Source: a virus
Taxonomy: Duplodnaviria; Caudoviricetes
Virus record (IMG/VR): IMGVR_UViG_3300008952_000039
Coordinates: 1,654-65,653 of that record
DNA length: 64,000 nt
Direction: 5' to 3' (one strand)
Position numbers and translations under genes: made by a program. Below the pieces are notes generated by a model, which was not told the origin of the DNA, did not search any database, and saw only the letters and a list, made by a program, of their open reading frames with translations. Position 1 is the stretch's first letter. The number at the start of each line of letters is the position of its first letter. This document shows positions 62,314 to 64,000 of the stretch, one piece after another.

Positions 62314-63523
62314 CCGTCGACTCTATACCATCTTCAGCCAGAATTGCTTTCAATTCTGCCAAGTCAAATTCATCTTCTTCTTCTTTTGGAAGATCAACTG
62401 AAACCATCTTTGTAGATTCTTCTCTAATTACAGGAATGATCATATCCTCTAAGCTCTGAGATAAATTAGCTTTCAGCAATTGCTGTTTGAATTTATCCAT
62501 TCCTTGGGCTTTGATTTCTGTTCCATTAGGAGCATCCCAAGAGAACCAAGCACCACCTTTCTTCACAATCTTGTGAGCGACAGCAGTATCAATCAAAGAT
62601 CGAAGGTTATCAATCCCCTCTCCTTGTTGAATGTAAAATTTGTTTTCGTGGTTTTGAGTGCAGCCTACCTTGTTCTTTTCGAGCTTCACCTTGATAAGAT
62701 TTCCAGTAGTCTGCTTCACGACCTTGTGAGAAATAGGATCATAAACATTTGATTTCTCTTGCTTCAGACGAGCCAGAAAAATTCTTACAGCAGAGAAAAA
62801 CTTCCAACATTTTCCCCCTTGTACTGTCTTAGAATCTCCCGGACCAAAGCCCCCGATATTTGATCTGAGTTGAGAAATGGCTATGAAGGCTGTTCCTGTC
62901 TTTGACATTTTCGGTTGAATTTTTGGAAGGAAAGTTGACCAAATTTTTGCCACCTGACCGATTTGAGGAATTGATCCCTGCTCCGATATCTTCTTAGCAA
63001 CCTCTCTTTTAGTAGCTATTGCTCCAACACTATCAACCACCAGCAGGTCTACACCAGCCATAACATAGACCCAAATATACTTCAGACCATCTTCCAATGT
63101 TTGAGGTTGGATTAAACTGAAGTGCTTTGGCTCCAGAATGGGAACACCTATCTTTTGCGCCCACAGTGGTGAGATGGCATGTTCAAAGTCAATATAGGCT
63201 ACCGTTCCACCTGCCCTATATACTTCAGCAGCACAATGCAATGCCAACGTAGTCTTACCACTCCCTTCATGTCCATAAAGCTGGGTTACCCTACCTCTTG
63301 GTATGCCGGGGCATACGGGGTTACCAGAGGGGTTCAAGTTTCCCCCAATCAAATTATCAATGATAATTGATCCTGTTGACAAATGGGGCATACTTTCTAC
63401 AAGCGTATCCGCAGCAAGGTTCACCCTATCGTCTAAATTTTCCTTAGTACCTTTGAAGACAGCATTAGCCTTCTCCAGAGCAGTTAATTTGCCTCCGTTT
63501 GAAGCAGTTTTCTTTTTAGCCAT
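62306..63523 (-). CDS. recA: RecA recombinase
   Basis: STGS..ID, GIPRGR.TQLYG.EGSGKTT, YIDFEHA, VVDSV, ISQLR, GG...KF, KNKV, GAWF. Start trimmed to MAKKK after GGAGG. Confidence 0.95.
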   Translation of the reverse strand: MAKKKTASNGGKLTALEKANAVFKGTKENLDDRVNLAADTLVESMPHLSTGSIIIDNLIGGNLNPSGNPVCPGIPRGRVTQLYGHEGSGKTTLALHCAAEVYRAGGTVAYIDFEHAISPLWAQKIGVPILEPKHFSLIQPQTLEDGLKYIWVYVMAGVDLLVVDSVGAIATKREVAKKISEQGSIPQIGQVAKIWSTFLPKIQPKMSKTGTAFIAISQLRSNIGGFGPGDSKTVQGGKCWKFFSAVRIFLARLKQEKSNVYDPISHKVVKQTTGNLIKVKLEKNKVGCTQNHENKFYIQQGEGIDNLRSLIDTAVAHKIVKKGGAWFSWDAPNGTEIKAQGMDKFKQQLLKANLSQSLEDMIIPVIREESTKMVSVDLPKEEEDEFDLAELKAILAEDGIESTDD

Positions 63524-64000
63524 TATTTCACCTCCGACCATAGAAAAAATCTCTCACTTTCTCTATACAGGATTCCTTTCTTTTCGATAGTACCCATTTT
63601 CTTTCCTCTCTTATATGTATGTATTTTCGTAAATTGATGCTTCTCTGGTTCTGTCAAATCCTTCTCAGATATCTGATCTCCCAACAAAAGCCAGAAGCGA
63701 TAAGAACACACACCTACCCAATAAGCATCGGCTTCATTGTGGTTCCACCTCCCCTTTGTCTTAGAATGTGATTTTGCGGCTTCTACCATATCAGGCTTCA
63801 ACATCTTCCAAGATTTAGGTCTATTTAGGTGGTGCTTTGCATGGGCTTTAATCTGCCCCGGAGAAAAGAAAACCACATCTTTCTTCTCCAGTTTTAGAGC
63901 CTCTGAAGTATAAAGGAATAGTCCATACATCCCCTCAGACCAAAGGTTGTTGAATACAGGGTACTCAACACCAATCTTATCTGGTTGATGCTCCTGTATG
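63523..64000 (-). CDS. ruvC: RuvC-like Holliday junction resolvase (5' end outside the window)
   Basis: The frame is open to the window edge: PDKIGVEYP...SP..IK...K.DM....HNEADA. Confidence 0.65.
   Translation of the reverse strand, partial: IQEHQPDKIGVEYPVFNNLWSEGMYGLFLYTSEALKLEKKDVVFFSPGQIKAHAKHHLNRPKSWKMLKPDMVEAAKSHSKTKGRWNHNEADAYWVGVCSYRFWLLLGDQISEKDLTEPEKHQFTKIHTYKRGKKMGTIEKKGILYRESERFFLWSEVK

Noticed and set aside
1-64000. Stop-codon reassignment (alternative genetic code) as seen in some large phages
   Set aside because: Core genes are full length in code 11, and TAA, TAG and TGA all end tightly packed genes.

Overview
This window is part of a large tailed dsDNA phage genome with a contractile tail (Caudoviricetes, myovirus; probably jumbo/huge-phage size class). 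Almost all genes are on the minus strand in the standard genetic code. In transcription order (right to left) there is first a replication/recombination block: RuvC-like resolvase, RecA, a split Rad50/SbcC ATPase, DNA methyltransferase, Mre11/SbcD, a Cas4/AddB-like nuclease, beta clamp, Toprim primase and DnaX. Next is a transcription module (NusG paralog plus a sigma-region-4-like protein). Then comes a ~50 kb virion block: head accessory proteins, terminase, portal, a 1688-aa protein containing topoisomerase IB, prohead protease, scaffold, decoration protein, major capsid protein, head fibres, neck proteins, a 1762-aa tail sheath, tail tube and tail chaperones. The strongest candidate for an undescribed system is a short helical motif, R/K-V/I-A-x-x-[YFWH]-(L/M). 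It is shared by about eight unrelated proteins around the head genes and brackets the topoisomerase IB domain of the polyprotein, suggesting a capsid-targeting and protease-processing system for packaged cargo. Other notable features are a Rad50 split at its zinc hook, EF-hands in the scaffold, a nested in-frame gene, two promoter classes and a possible structured RNA leader. No tRNA, rRNA, CRISPR array, intron, intein or transposon was recognised. All product calls come from motif recognition and gene order, not database searches.
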